The notes under the pieces are model-generated. The model ran no database searches. It had not been told where the DNA came from and worked only from the letters and a program-made list of their open reading frames with translations. From Octopus bimaculoides (taxonomy: Eukaryota), in assembly GCF_001194135.2 (NCBI RefSeq), contig NC_068982.1, positions 32,392,706-32,456,705 of the forward strand: a stretch of DNA of 64,000 nt, in the 5' to 3' direction. Position 1 is the first letter of the stretch; each line of letters begins with the position of its first letter. Position numbers and translations under genes: made by a program. Below are positions 52,805 to 64,000 of this stretch, one piece after another.

Positions 52805-53010
52805 GTATTTGTGTGTGTATATATATATGCGTGCATGTGTGTGTGTGTATGTATGTATATATTTAAGTGTTTTTCTGTGTTTGTCCTCCCACCAATGAGA
52901 GGCTGATAGAATGAGCACTAGGTTTGCAAAGAATAAGTCCTGGGGTTGATTTCTTCAGCTAAAACCCTTTAAGGCAGTGCTCCAGCATGGCTGCAGTCAA
53001 ATGACTGAAA
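52555..53010 (+). mobile_element. tRNA-derived SINE family A with (TA)n expansion
   Basis: Standard head, body and tail. Confidence 0.85.
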
Positions 53011-53403
53011 CAATATAAGAATAAAAGAATACATTATGTAGGAGTATATTAGCCAATATACCCTTCCTCTTCTTAAGATGGCCAAATGAAACATGAGATG
53101 GATTTGACAGTTATCTCCAGCAGTTCATGTGACTGCACACAAGCTTCCTTCCTTAATTAAATAAGTACTAATCACACACTGGAGTAACAGTACAAATAAA
53201 CATAACTCTTTCTTATAGATTTGTGTATTTTACATCAATGCAGAAAATTATTATTCATTATTCTTAATCTAAAACCCATAAATCTTTGAAACTTTAATTC
53301 TCTTATATTTGAAAACATACAGTGACTAACTGTATTCTTCTTAAATCAACATATACATACAGTTTTGCATGCATATATATACACATGCATATACACATGC
53401 TTG

Positions 53404-53440
<37 letters not shown>

Positions 53441-54019
53441 CTCTTTTACTCTTTTACTTGTTTCAGTCATTTGACTGCGGCCATGCTGGAGCACCACCTT
53501 TAGTCGAGAAAATCAACCCCAGGACTTATTCTTTGTAAGCCTAGTACTTATTCTATCAGCTTCTTTTTGCCGAACTGCTAGGTTACAGGGATGTAAACAC
53601 ACCAGCATCGGTTGTCANNNNNNNNNNNNNNNNNNNNNNNNNNNNNNNNNNNNNNNNNNNNNNNNNNNNNNNNNNNNNNNNNNNNNNNNNNNNNNNNNNN
53701 NNNNNNNNNNNNNNNNNNNNNNNNNNNNNNNNNNNNNNNNNNNNNNNNNNNNNNNNNNNNNNNNNNNNNNNNNNNNNNNNNNNNNNNNNNNNNNNNNNNN
53801 NNNNNNNNNNNNNNNNNNNNNNNNNNNNNNNNNNNNNNNNNNNNNNNNNNNNNNNNNNNNNNNNNNNNNNNNNNNNNNNNNNNNNNNNNNNNNNNNNNNN
53901 NNNNNNNNNNNNNNNNNNNNNNNNNNNNNNNNNNNNNNNNNNNNNNNNNNNNNNNNNNNNNNNNNNNNNNNNNNNNNNNNNNNNNNNNNNNNNNNNNNNN
54001 NNNNNNNNNNNNNNNNNNN

Positions 54020-54200
54020 AAAAGAAGTTTGAAAACGCCAATATATAAAAAATGAATTTTAATTTAACATGTTTCGGTTCTTGTAAAAACGAACCTTATC
54101 AAAACTACATATTTAATAAAATGAAAATAAAATTAAATGAAGAGTTCATAATTGTTCCTTACTGGTGTCGATAGTCCACGTGGGGGCATTTTTTGTTGGT
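54020..54200 (-). mobile_element. Penelope-type terminal-repeat remnant with decayed hammerhead core
   Basis: Minus strand UUGAUAA-GGUUC(10 nt)GAACC-GAAA-CAUGUU at 54102-54066. Confidence 0.45.
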
Positions 54201-56157
54201 TGTAGTAATAGTAGTGTCCCTATGTATGTATGTATGAATTTTATTTTTTATTTGTTTCAATCATTAGACTGTTGCCATGCTGGAGCACTGCCTTGAAGAA
54301 CTTTAGTCAAAAAAATCAACTCTAGTACTTTCTTTTCTTTTAAGCCTGGCCTCATGGCAAACCACTTCATTACAAGAATGTAAACACAACAGCACCAGTT
54401 GTCAAGAGGTGGTGGTCAACAAACACCCCCAAAAAAGAGATGCACACATGCACACACACACACATACACACATCTATAACAGGTTTCTCTTTTCAGTTTC
54501 CATCAACCAAATCCACTCTCAAGGCTTTGGTCAGCCTGAGACATAGTAGAAGACACTTGCTCAAGGTGCCATACATTTTGACTGAAGTATGTATGTATGT
54601 ATGCATACTTTCATGCATACATATATACAGAAAGATAAGAAGAATGAGAGGGTGTATTCCCTATATTCTTTGCTGGACAGGTTGAAGTATAGCTGTTAGA
54701 TTACAAAATACAAAATATGTTGTAAGAAAACCAAGCAATAAATAAATAAATATATGAATTAAATTTATGGTGTTGAAGTCAATCAGATGAACATTCATTT
54801 ACATGAAGATTTCTAAATATTCTCTCTATGTTTCTGTGTGTATGCCACCATGTATGTGTGTTAAGTGTAATAACCACGTGCCCAAGGATGCTTGACTCTT
54901 GCTCTCAAATTATCAGTTCTGACCTGGTAGTAGCTGTTGTGTTGCTTCCCAGTTCATATTTCATATTACATAGTTAGTGCCAAAAATATCAAATAAATAT
55001 ACACAAAAATCACATGTTCATCTGTTGAAATATTCATTGATTGATACATAATAACATGTAACTTAATGTATCTGTGTGAGTGTGTGTGTGCACATGCAGT
55101 ATGCATTTGTGTATATGTGTTATAAGCTAAGACCTATAAATATACTTCTTATTAACAAGGAAATTACAGTTGAATATATTGTGTTTAACTCTACTGGGTG
55201 CAGTTTATATATTTATCCATTATACCATAAAATAAAAAGTTTTAGGTTTTGGTTTATGAAAGTTTACAGGTTGATAGTTATATTTATTGACAATATTTTA
55301 CAATGCAAAATGGCCACTCTTTGCTTTCACCATAGCCCTTGATTCTTTATACCAACCATTTTCAATGCAACAATGTGTCTACATTTTACTTGAGTCACCT
55401 TATTTAATTAAGGGTAAACATTGAAACAAAAGAATGCGGGAAAGCATTATACAATGTTTGCCACTATTTTTGTGAGTAAGAGTTTTTCAATCTATGTTGA
55501 AATCATGGGGTAAACTATTATGTTTAAATAATGGTGAAATGTATATGCTGCACCTGGTAAAGCAATCATTGATAATCAAATAAAAAAAATTACTGACGAA
55601 CCTTAGACTGTTATGTGATACAACACAATTTTGAAACCTTTTTTCATTGTTTGTTGGAGCTTATACATTGTAGTTCAACATAGGGGCAAATTTATTTGGT
55701 TGTGTAAGCACACACACACACACATATCAGCATTTAATGTTCGTTTTCCATGCTGACGTGGGTTAGATGGTTTGATAGCATCTTGTGAGCTACAGAGCTA
55801 TGATGAACTCCAATGTTAGTTTTGGGATGGTTTTGTGCATGGTTGCCTTTTCTAATGCCAACCGCTTTGCACATACACATAAATGCACTTCTTCCTTCAA
55901 TATATGAAACTTTATGAAGATGAGCATAAGCCCAAAATCCTAGGAACACTTCCACTACATATTTCCTTGAACATTAAACTAAGAACTACATTTTGTTTTC
56001 ACTTTGTCTTCTGTGTTTTTATTTTCATCATAAATCTTGAATATGTATTGCATGTGTGTTGTAAAATCATCATTTACACCTTTTTTCCATGCTTTTTTTT
56101 TTTGTATAGAGCAAATTACTATGCATGCACAATGGAACAAATAGCTATTTATCTTAC

Positions 56158-56346
56158 CATTGACCAACTTGCAGTCATCCATTCTTTACAAGGAGTGTAA
56201 CATGCCTTTAATTCAGGTGGTTTAATCAAAACATTACATTTGTAACTTGGTACAATTGGAGAGCGGCGTGAACGTCTATCAACACAGTACACAACTCTGC
56301 TTCTATTGCTGTGGCCACATTTTTGTTGTGGATGCAAGAAGTCACA
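56158..56346 (-). CDS. ADAMTS7/12-like protease, TSP1-repeat exon (first exon visible in window)
   Basis: Minus strand reads tttcag|TGTGAC...TCAATG|gtaaga. 189 nt, phase 0/0. Encodes CDFLHPQQKCGHSNRSRVVYCVDRRSRRSPIVPSYKCNVLIKPPELKACYTPCKEWMTASWSM, a TSR with C..CG, RxVxC and KP..C motifs, ending in the WxxxxW of the next repeat. Confidence 0.92.
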
Positions 56347-56659
56347 CTGAAATTTGAATAAAATGCAAATACAAAAAATGTTTCAAAACAGATTCCAAAT
56401 TTCCAAATAACAATATTTTTCATTTCATTTATTGAATTATTATTTATATATTTTTTCGTATTAACTTAGATTCCATAATGTTCAATGTTGTTACAAAATA
56501 TTGGGTCTAGACAGTATTTTCTAAAGTATTATCTTACAAGCATGTTTTAATTAATAATAAAAATTTTAATTTAAAGTTGGTAAAATATATATATTCATCA
56601 TATAGATTGAAGTAAACAAAGAAAGTGTCTTGCATGGGGAAAAAAATTAGATCAACAGT

Positions 56660-56679
<20 letters not shown>

Positions 56680-56709
<30 letters not shown>

Positions 56710-56870
56710 TTAACGTCTATTTTCCATGTTGGTAGCGTTGCACAGTTTGAAAGGGGCTGGCAAGCTGGAAGGATGCACCAGGTTCCAGTCATCTGTTTTA
56801 GCAAGGTTTCTATGGCTGGATGCCCTTTTAAATGCCAACCACTTTACAGAGTGTACTGGGTTCTTGTTAT
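56680..56870 (-). mobile_element. RTE 3' tail fragment
   Basis: (cat)n ttaacgtctattttccatgttgg. Another decayed copy at 55735-55880. Confidence 0.75.
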
Positions 56871-57171
56871 ATGATGCTAGTTTATATATATATAAATTTG
56901 TATGTTCAAAGGTATAGATACACCAATACACACACACATCCACACATACATATATCAACAACTTTCAAATTATCCATTACAAACTGACTTCCCTTACGTA
57001 TATTTTCCTTTAAAAGAATGGTAGTGGAAGAAGAAAACATCCTATGTACACACAATAAATTAGACATGATCTTTAAAGTAAACTGGTAAAAGCAACAGAC
57101 TTGTTTCAGGTTTATTAAACCTTTTCAGAGAATCAATTTTGTTCCATTCAGTTGATGTATCTAAGAGTGAT

Positions 57172-57225
<54 letters not shown>

Positions 57226-57399
57226 ATGTATATATTTATTGTATTCTTTTATTTGTTTCAGTCCTTGGACTGTAGCTCAACTAGGACATGATCTTGAAGG
57301 GTTTAGTTGTTTGAATTTAATGTGTATATGTAACTTGTCTGTGCATTTCTGTGTATGCAAAGACACACAGACATGTTGCACAGACAGGTTCAAAACCTG

Positions 57400-57835
57400 A
57401 GAAACAGAAAGACTAATAGGAAAGAGGATCCAGTAGAAGGTGTAATAGTAGGAGTGGAAAATGAAGAGAAATCAAGAGAGTGAGACAGGAGAATATGTAT
57501 TGTTACTCAGAGAGAGAGAGAATAGCAAAAGAGACAGAGAGAGAAAAAAATTTCCATGGTTACTGATAGAGATGGAAAGATAGTGAGAGAATGAAACTAC
57601 TGAGAGTGGGGAGGGGAAGAATCAAAAGGAGGACAGCTGCTAAGAGCAAGAAAGAGGGAGAGAGAGGGAGGAAAGAGTGATATTTCTATTATTATGAGAA
57701 AGGGAAATGAGAGAAAGAGGAGAAAGGAGATATGAGAGTAAGAAATAGAAAGGAACAGACTTATTGAAAGTCAAAAGAGAGAAGAACATACTGATGTAGG
57801 GAGGGAGAAAGAGAGAGAGAAGGGTTTTTAGCAAA
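57400..57835. repeat. Purine-rich (GA/GGA) low-complexity tract
   Basis: Direct inspection. Confidence 0.8.
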
Positions 57836-58486
57836 TGAATAAATATGAAATTAATCCAATATTTTTGTCAGACAAAAATTATATTGGATATATAATTAAC
57901 CTCAATAATCTATTTTTCAAAAAGTTTTAATAACTTTTTCACTCACTGAAAGAACCATGAATTTATATGTATTATATACTAATTTGTATTTTCAGCTACT
58001 TTGACAAGGACAGTGTAGTCTACGTTTCATTAAAGAGGTTTAAAAAAACTAAAACAGATCCACAGTTGCCTCCCATATTTGCCGGAATATCTATCCATCC
58101 ATTTTCCTTGCTTTCTCTTCTTGGGAGGGTCATAAGGGTTGAGTCCTCAGGCACTTCCTATACAGGGTTCTATCAAAAGCAACTATTATTAAACTTAACT
58201 GCTAAATTCCTAAGAGTGGACAACTAAGACTGTGGATATTATCCTACCATCTCTCTCGTGTCTATCCCTAGGACTGTTCAAGCTCCCTGACTGTTTCGGC
58301 ATGGTTTCTAAGGCTGGGTGCCCATCCTAACATCAACTAATTTACAAAGTGTACTGGGTGCTTTTACACAGTAACAGCATGGGTAGTTTTTACATGGCAC
58401 CAGCACCTATGACTCCATGTGATTATGGATGCTCAGCTGGAGAAAGTTGCATTTTGATTTAACACTAGCATCTAGCACTTTGGACA

Positions 58487-59503
58487 TCTTTAGAAGTGAA
58501 CACTTTGTTGCATTCAGGCAAGATTTTCAGTCTGAGGATATCTTTCTCTCTCCCTCCCACCAATCTTGGATACCTTGTAATGGGTCATGGGTACTCTCTT
58601 CCTTTCGGTTTAAAAAGACGAGAAAATATATAACATTGTCTTTTCTTCAGCACATAATTTATGTAATCAGCATTTTAATGCTCCCTGCACTAACTTAAGT
58701 GTTTCATTTTTCATAGTCTGAGTTTTGAAAATTAACAAAAGTACATGCCCAAATGGATTACTAGATGATTCTACATTCTCTTTGTTAATTTCTATTTGTT
58801 TATAAATATGCATGTTTTAAGTCAGCCGTAAACGTTTTTGACTGAATGTATCAGTTTATAGCTCTGTCATATTCACATTTTCTGTGCAACAGCATTACAT
58901 CATCTGTCATTTCCCATTTGTTACATCAAGCATTCTTAACATTAATGCATATTGATTTGAACAATAAAATTAAGGTGGCGGGGTTAAGGTTATATATGTA
59001 TGACAAATGGATGGGGTATGAAAAATGTTAATGGAAAAATGCCAAGTGCAATAACATGTAAGATGTGATGACAGCAATGAGCAAATGATACACTGTTTCA
59101 TATGATCAAATGAAAGAGGAAAAAAAAAGGCTGCTGTGTGTCAGAAGATCAACAGACGACAGAAGAAAAGATTATATTATTTTGTTCAAGTTATATTCTT
59201 TTGTGGTGTGTAATAGTTGTAAATTTATTTTGACGTTAGTTTTACAGGGCAATTCAAAAATCCCTTTAATGTTGATATAAACCAACTAAAGAAACAACTT
59301 CCCAAAGGTACTGAGCAATAGGATTACATAAATTATGCGCTGAAGAAAAGACAATGTTATATATTTTCTTAGCTTTTTAAACAGAAAGGAAGAGTGTACT
59401 CATGACCCATTACAGGGTATCCAAGATTGATGGGAGGGAGAGAGAAAGATATCCTCAGACTGAAAATCTGGCCAGAATACAACAAAGTGTTCACTGCTAA
59501 AGA
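58487..59503. repeat. 182-bp inverted duplication (58487-58668 and 59322-59503)
   Basis: The arms are reverse complements with only scattered substitutions, about 90% identical by eye. The spacer is about 650 bp. Confidence 0.9.
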
Positions 59504-60854
59504 CCAGTCTCTTAACTACACAACCACGTCTAAGCATTTAAAAATTTTTTGTTGTATATATAACATTCTGGTGAGATACTACAATTAATATTTATCTCAT
59601 ATGCTAGCAACAATAAAATTAGGCAATCACTTGATCCTTCAGTTTTTTATTTATCCAACAATGGGTGATCAGCCCCTTTGATTTGGGGGAGGATCAATCA
59701 TTATGTTGGTTCTAGTACTTGCTTGTTACTAATTTTATTGACTTGAAAGGGTGGAAGAAAAAGTAGCTTTCAGCAGTATTTGAACTCAGAATGCAAAGAC
59801 TTTAACTGAATATTGATTTCAAATTTTGGTACAAGGCCAGCAATTTGGTGGGTGGGGGTGAATTGATTACATCAACCCCAGAGTTCAACTGATACTTATT
59901 TCATCAACCCTGAAAGGATGAAAGACAAAGTCAGCCTCAATAGAATTTGAACTCAGAAGCATTTTATCTGTCTTTACATTCTAAGCATTTTACCGCACAT
60001 GCTTGAACCATAACTAAATATTAACTTGAACCTTAACTAAATATTGTTGAGTATTATGTCCATTGTTCTAATGACTTTACCAATCTATCTTTGCGATATC
60101 CTCCAATATAATTATAAAACAACAGAAAAGGAATATAATGATAGTCAGTAGATTTGGTAAGCTAGTGACAGCCATCAATGGCATGAATATACTTAATTTT
60201 ATGTGTTCTTGTGGAGAAACAGATGGAAAGAGATTTTGAGAGAAAGAAAGAGATGTAAAGTTGTATGTATGAATACATTGTCTTTGGAAATGATTTGATT
60301 TATGATATATGAAAAAGATAAAAACGCACATAGAAAATTATAGCAAAAATGTAATTTATTTCATTTCTAATATGAAGGATTTATTTAGAAATGTGAAGTC
60401 AATTTATTTTTGCATTATATGTATTTCTCTGGTATATATTAAAAACAAAATGAAGGAAAAAGTGAGAGAGAGTTAAAGCTGTGTTATTCAGTTGTAAAAG
60501 TATTTTTTTCCACCTCTTTTTGGCAAAAATATCTATATTTTTCCTAGTTTCATAAAACTGAGAATCTATCAGCTTTTTGTTACAACCTTCAACATTACAG
60601 ATTCCATTGATAACTTTTAATGTTATAGTTAGAATTTTATATTTTTACTATATTCCATTATAGATAACAAGTAAGTCTTCATACAAAAGATCTTGTGAGG
60701 TTGTGATGTTCAAGCATTTTAAAGCTAGTTTAAGGGTGAGATTGGACAGAAAGAATTGACACGTTACAAGAAATCAGAAGAAAACTATCTAGTTTCAGTT
60801 TCACGTATATTCTACAGCACGGGCCAATTTAATAAAATGATTTCCACATAAAGC

Positions 60855-61050
60855 AATTTAAGGAGGTGAGCTGGCAGAAATGATAGCATTTTGTCTGTCT
60901 TTATATTCTGAGTTCAAATTTCATCAAGGTCAACTTTGCCTTTCATCCTTTTGTGATCAATGAAATAAGTATCATTTGCAAATTGGGGTCAATGTAATCG
61001 ACAAGTCCCTGACTCCCAAAACTTCAAACCTTGTACCTATAGTAGAAAGG
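60855..61050 (+). mobile_element. Family B SINE
   Basis: aggaggtgagctggcagaa...ctgagttcaaattt...gcctttcatcctttt. Decayed minus-strand copies at 59640-59990. Confidence 0.75.
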
Positions 61051-61378
61051 GTTATTGAAAAGTAAATTTAAGAATAACAATTGATTATTTACTGATAGGA
61101 TTTACACAATACAAAGAGTAAAGTGAAATTCATTATCAAGGCTCAGTCAACTTGAACCTTGAACTTCACAACAAAATAATTTCAAATTTATTTCTTTTCA
61201 TGTACTACTAAATAAATATTGCCTGAAATTAAGGTTTGCATATATGTGTAAATTATTTTAACCAAGTAAAATCATGAGATTATTCAAGTAAAATAAATAA
61301 TTTATATTAATTTAACCTTGTAAAATAAACAATCTAGTTATTGTACTAAATATTTAACTTAGTCTTGCAAATATATAA

Positions 61379-61420
<42 letters not shown>

Positions 61421-61619
61421 GTATGTATGTAATTACATCAAAGCAGCATGATTCATTTATCTTTAAAGTTTAGAATAATAACAATATAAATATTATTTCA
61501 AGTAAAATATTTCTGCTAAATTAAGATGTATTGTTAACTATAGTTCTTAAACAAACTGGTGATTACAAGCAAGCAGGAAATTGTTTGCTATTTATATATC
61601 CACTCTGTTTGATATGAAT

Positions 61620-61950
61620 TTAATCATTTGTCCTATGCTTGTTAATCTTGAACACTCACATTGGAACTTCAAAAGGAAATCACAGAAGAACTATTTAAAG
61701 AGAGGCTTTTGAAAGGGTCAGACCACAAGTAATAAATTCTGCAGATAAATTAAAACTACACATCGGTCTCTTTGATGATCATCTAACAACAGTGAAAAGG
61801 AGAAAGTTGATGGGGCATTGCTATATTGTAAGATCAAACAGGTTAACCAAAAACATCCTTTACAGAATAACCCACTGAAAAAGCTGATGTATAACTTAGA
61901 AATAGTCTCCGACAGCCATGTGAGCCGGGCTCAGGTGTTTCCCTATAATT
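61620..61950 (+). mobile_element. Decayed RTE/RTE-X-like LINE C-terminal fragment
   Basis: HLTTVKRRKLMGHCYIVRSNRLTKNILY resembles LLTTVKRRKLxWxGHVxRxxxLxKTILQG. Confidence 0.55.
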
Positions 61951-62361
61951 GTAGGAGATGGTTATGACCAGCATGTTAGCTCATATCTAAATTAAAACAT
62001 GATAACAATTAAGATTCATTGTGCAACATGCATTTTAAAATTTCTATTAATTACATTAATTATTGGAGCCTTTAATTTTGTAGCTGAATGCATTTTCTAG
62101 TAATCGAGATGTAAAACTGTCAATTAGAATTCCAAAAGTACATAATTTTTGAAAAATATGTGGACTGAAATGTGTAGTTTGCAGAGCAGAACACACCATC
62201 TTTGACAAACATCGAAACAAGAGACAACAGTGTCAAATGTTGATCCATTTACAGCTGATATACAAAAACATTATCTGCTATAGTTTTACTAATTCCCATT
62301 ACATCCAGCATATAAAAATAAAACTATTGGTCCCTTGAAATAGTCATTCAAAAAAGTGTCA

Positions 62362-63148
62362 CCCCCTAGCAGTTGGGGGAATCTGTGGAATAGGTAGACC
62401 CAGGAAGACCTGGGATGAGGTAGTAAAGCATGACCTTTGAACATTAGGCCTCACTGAGGTAATGACTAGTGACTGAGACCTTTGGAAATATGCTGTGCTT
62501 GAGAAGACCTGGCAAGCCAAGTGAGACCATAACCCATGGCCTATGCCAGTGGTGTAACCAGCCCACTTATGCATACTTTTCCTTCATTGGACACTAAACT
62601 CTGCTTGCGAAGACCTGTTGAGGCAAATGAAATCGAAATCAAAATCAAATTCTATGACAGCAGTGCATGACTGGCATCCGTGCCAGTGGAGCGCTAACAG
62701 CACCATCCAAGTGTGATTGTTGCCAGGGCTGCTGACTGGCTTCCATGCCGGTGGCATGTAAAACGCACCATTCGAGCATGATCATTACCAGCGTCGCCTT
62801 ACTGGCACTTGTGCTGGTGGCACTTGTGCTGGTGGCACATGAAAAACAACATTCAAGTGAGGTCGTTGCTAGTGCCACTGGACTGGCTCCTGTGCAGGTG
62901 GTACGTAAAAACACCATTTGAGCATGACTGTTGCCAGTATCACCTGACAGGCCCTCATGCCAGTGGCACGTAAAAGCACCCACTACACTCCCGAAGTGGT
63001 TGGCATTAGGAAGGGCATCCAGCTGCAGAAACTCTGCCAGGTCAGATTGGAGCCTGGTGCAGCCATTTGGCTCGCCAGTCTTCATTCAAACCGTCCAACC
63101 CATGCCAGCATGGAAAGTGGACGTTAAACGATGATGATGATGATGATA
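62362..63148 (+). mobile_element. RTE LINE 3' end with full 3' UTR
   Basis: GGICGIGRPRKTWDEVVKHDL*TLGLTEVMTSD*DLWKYAVLEKTWQAK*, then a UTR ending in (gat)n. Confidence 0.9.
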
Positions 63149-63411
63149 TATGTATATGCATGAAAATGTGTATGTATATAAGTAGCATATGTGTGTCAGA
63201 GTGTGTACATATATGTACATGTGTGCGTGTATGCATGAAAATGTGTATGTATGTAAATAACGTGTGAGTGTATGCATGAAGTTGTGTATGTATATAAATA
63301 GCATGTGTGTGTGAGTGTGTATATTTACATATGTATGTGCATGTGAATGTGTATGTATATATACATGAATACCATATGTGAGTATGTGTGAGAATGTATG
63401 TGTACATGTGA

Positions 63412-63654
63412 GCAGGCATGGCTGCGTGGTTAAGGAGCTTGCTTGGCAGCTACATGGTTTTGGGTTCAGCCCCATTGCACACCACCTTGGGCAAATACCT
63501 TCTACAACAGCTCCTTGTAACTGAATTTGGTAGATGGAAATTGTGTAGAATCCTGTCATGTATATATATGTGTGTGAGTGTGTATGTGCTTTTCTGTTTA
63601 TATTTGTCCCACCTCCACTTGACAACTGGTGCTGGTGTATTTACATCCCTGTAA
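63412..63654 (+). mobile_element. Family A SINE truncated by an RTE insertion
   Basis: gcaggcatggctgcgtggttaaggagcttgctt...ggtgtatttacatccctgtaa, after which RTE sequence begins. Confidence 0.85.
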
Positions 63655-64000
63655 GGGATTGGCACTCTCAACGTCGGCACGCTGAAAGGTAGATCTGGTG
63701 AAATTGTTGAGATGCTTGAACGGAGACGCGTAGATATGTGCTGCATCCAGGAAGTAAGATGGAGAGGAGGTTCTGCGAGGTTCCTCACAGGCAAAGAACA
63801 CAGGTACAAGATTTTCTGGGCAGGGAACACTGACGGGGTCGGGGGCGTAGGAATACTTCTAGCGGAGAAATGGGTGGATAAGGTAATCGAGGTCGTTAGA
63901 GTAAGTGACAGAGTACTTAAGATCAGACTAGTGCTTCATCATAGATTAGCTACTGTCATCTCAGCCTATGCACCTCAACCGGGGCTACCAGATGGTCTGA
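63655..64000 (+). mobile_element. RTE LINE apurinic-endonuclease N-terminus, open frame to the window end
   Basis: GIGTLNVGTLKGRSGEIVEMLERRRVDMCCIQEVRWRGG...FWAGN...GVGILL...VRVSDRVLKIRL...VISAYAPQPG, with no stops. Confidence 0.95.

Overview
AT-rich, gap-containing eukaryotic genomic DNA, most likely from an octopod cephalopod. That assignment is an inference from the SINE families, the RTE (ATG)n tails and the microsatellite load. The only host gene I can support is a minus-strand, long-intron ADAMTS7/12-like metalloprotease. Three consecutive TSP1-repeat exons (56158-56346, 43221-43370, 30562-30712) have canonical AG/GT sites and join in frame. The expected downstream PLAC exon and all upstream exons were not found. 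The rest is repeat-derived: several tRNA-headed SINE families, RTE, CR1/L2-like and Penelope-like retroelement fragments, mariner- and piggyBac-like MITEs, and mini/microsatellites. Nearly all ORFs in the supplied track are artefacts of these repeats. The most notable unexplained signal is a set of five hammerhead-ribozyme-like cores (CUGAUGA-stem II-GAAA, three with a palindromic or near-palindromic stem III). One lies in the 3' repeat of a Penelope-like element and one lies inside a tRNA-headed SINE. The window also has many long inverted repeats inside the gene's introns.
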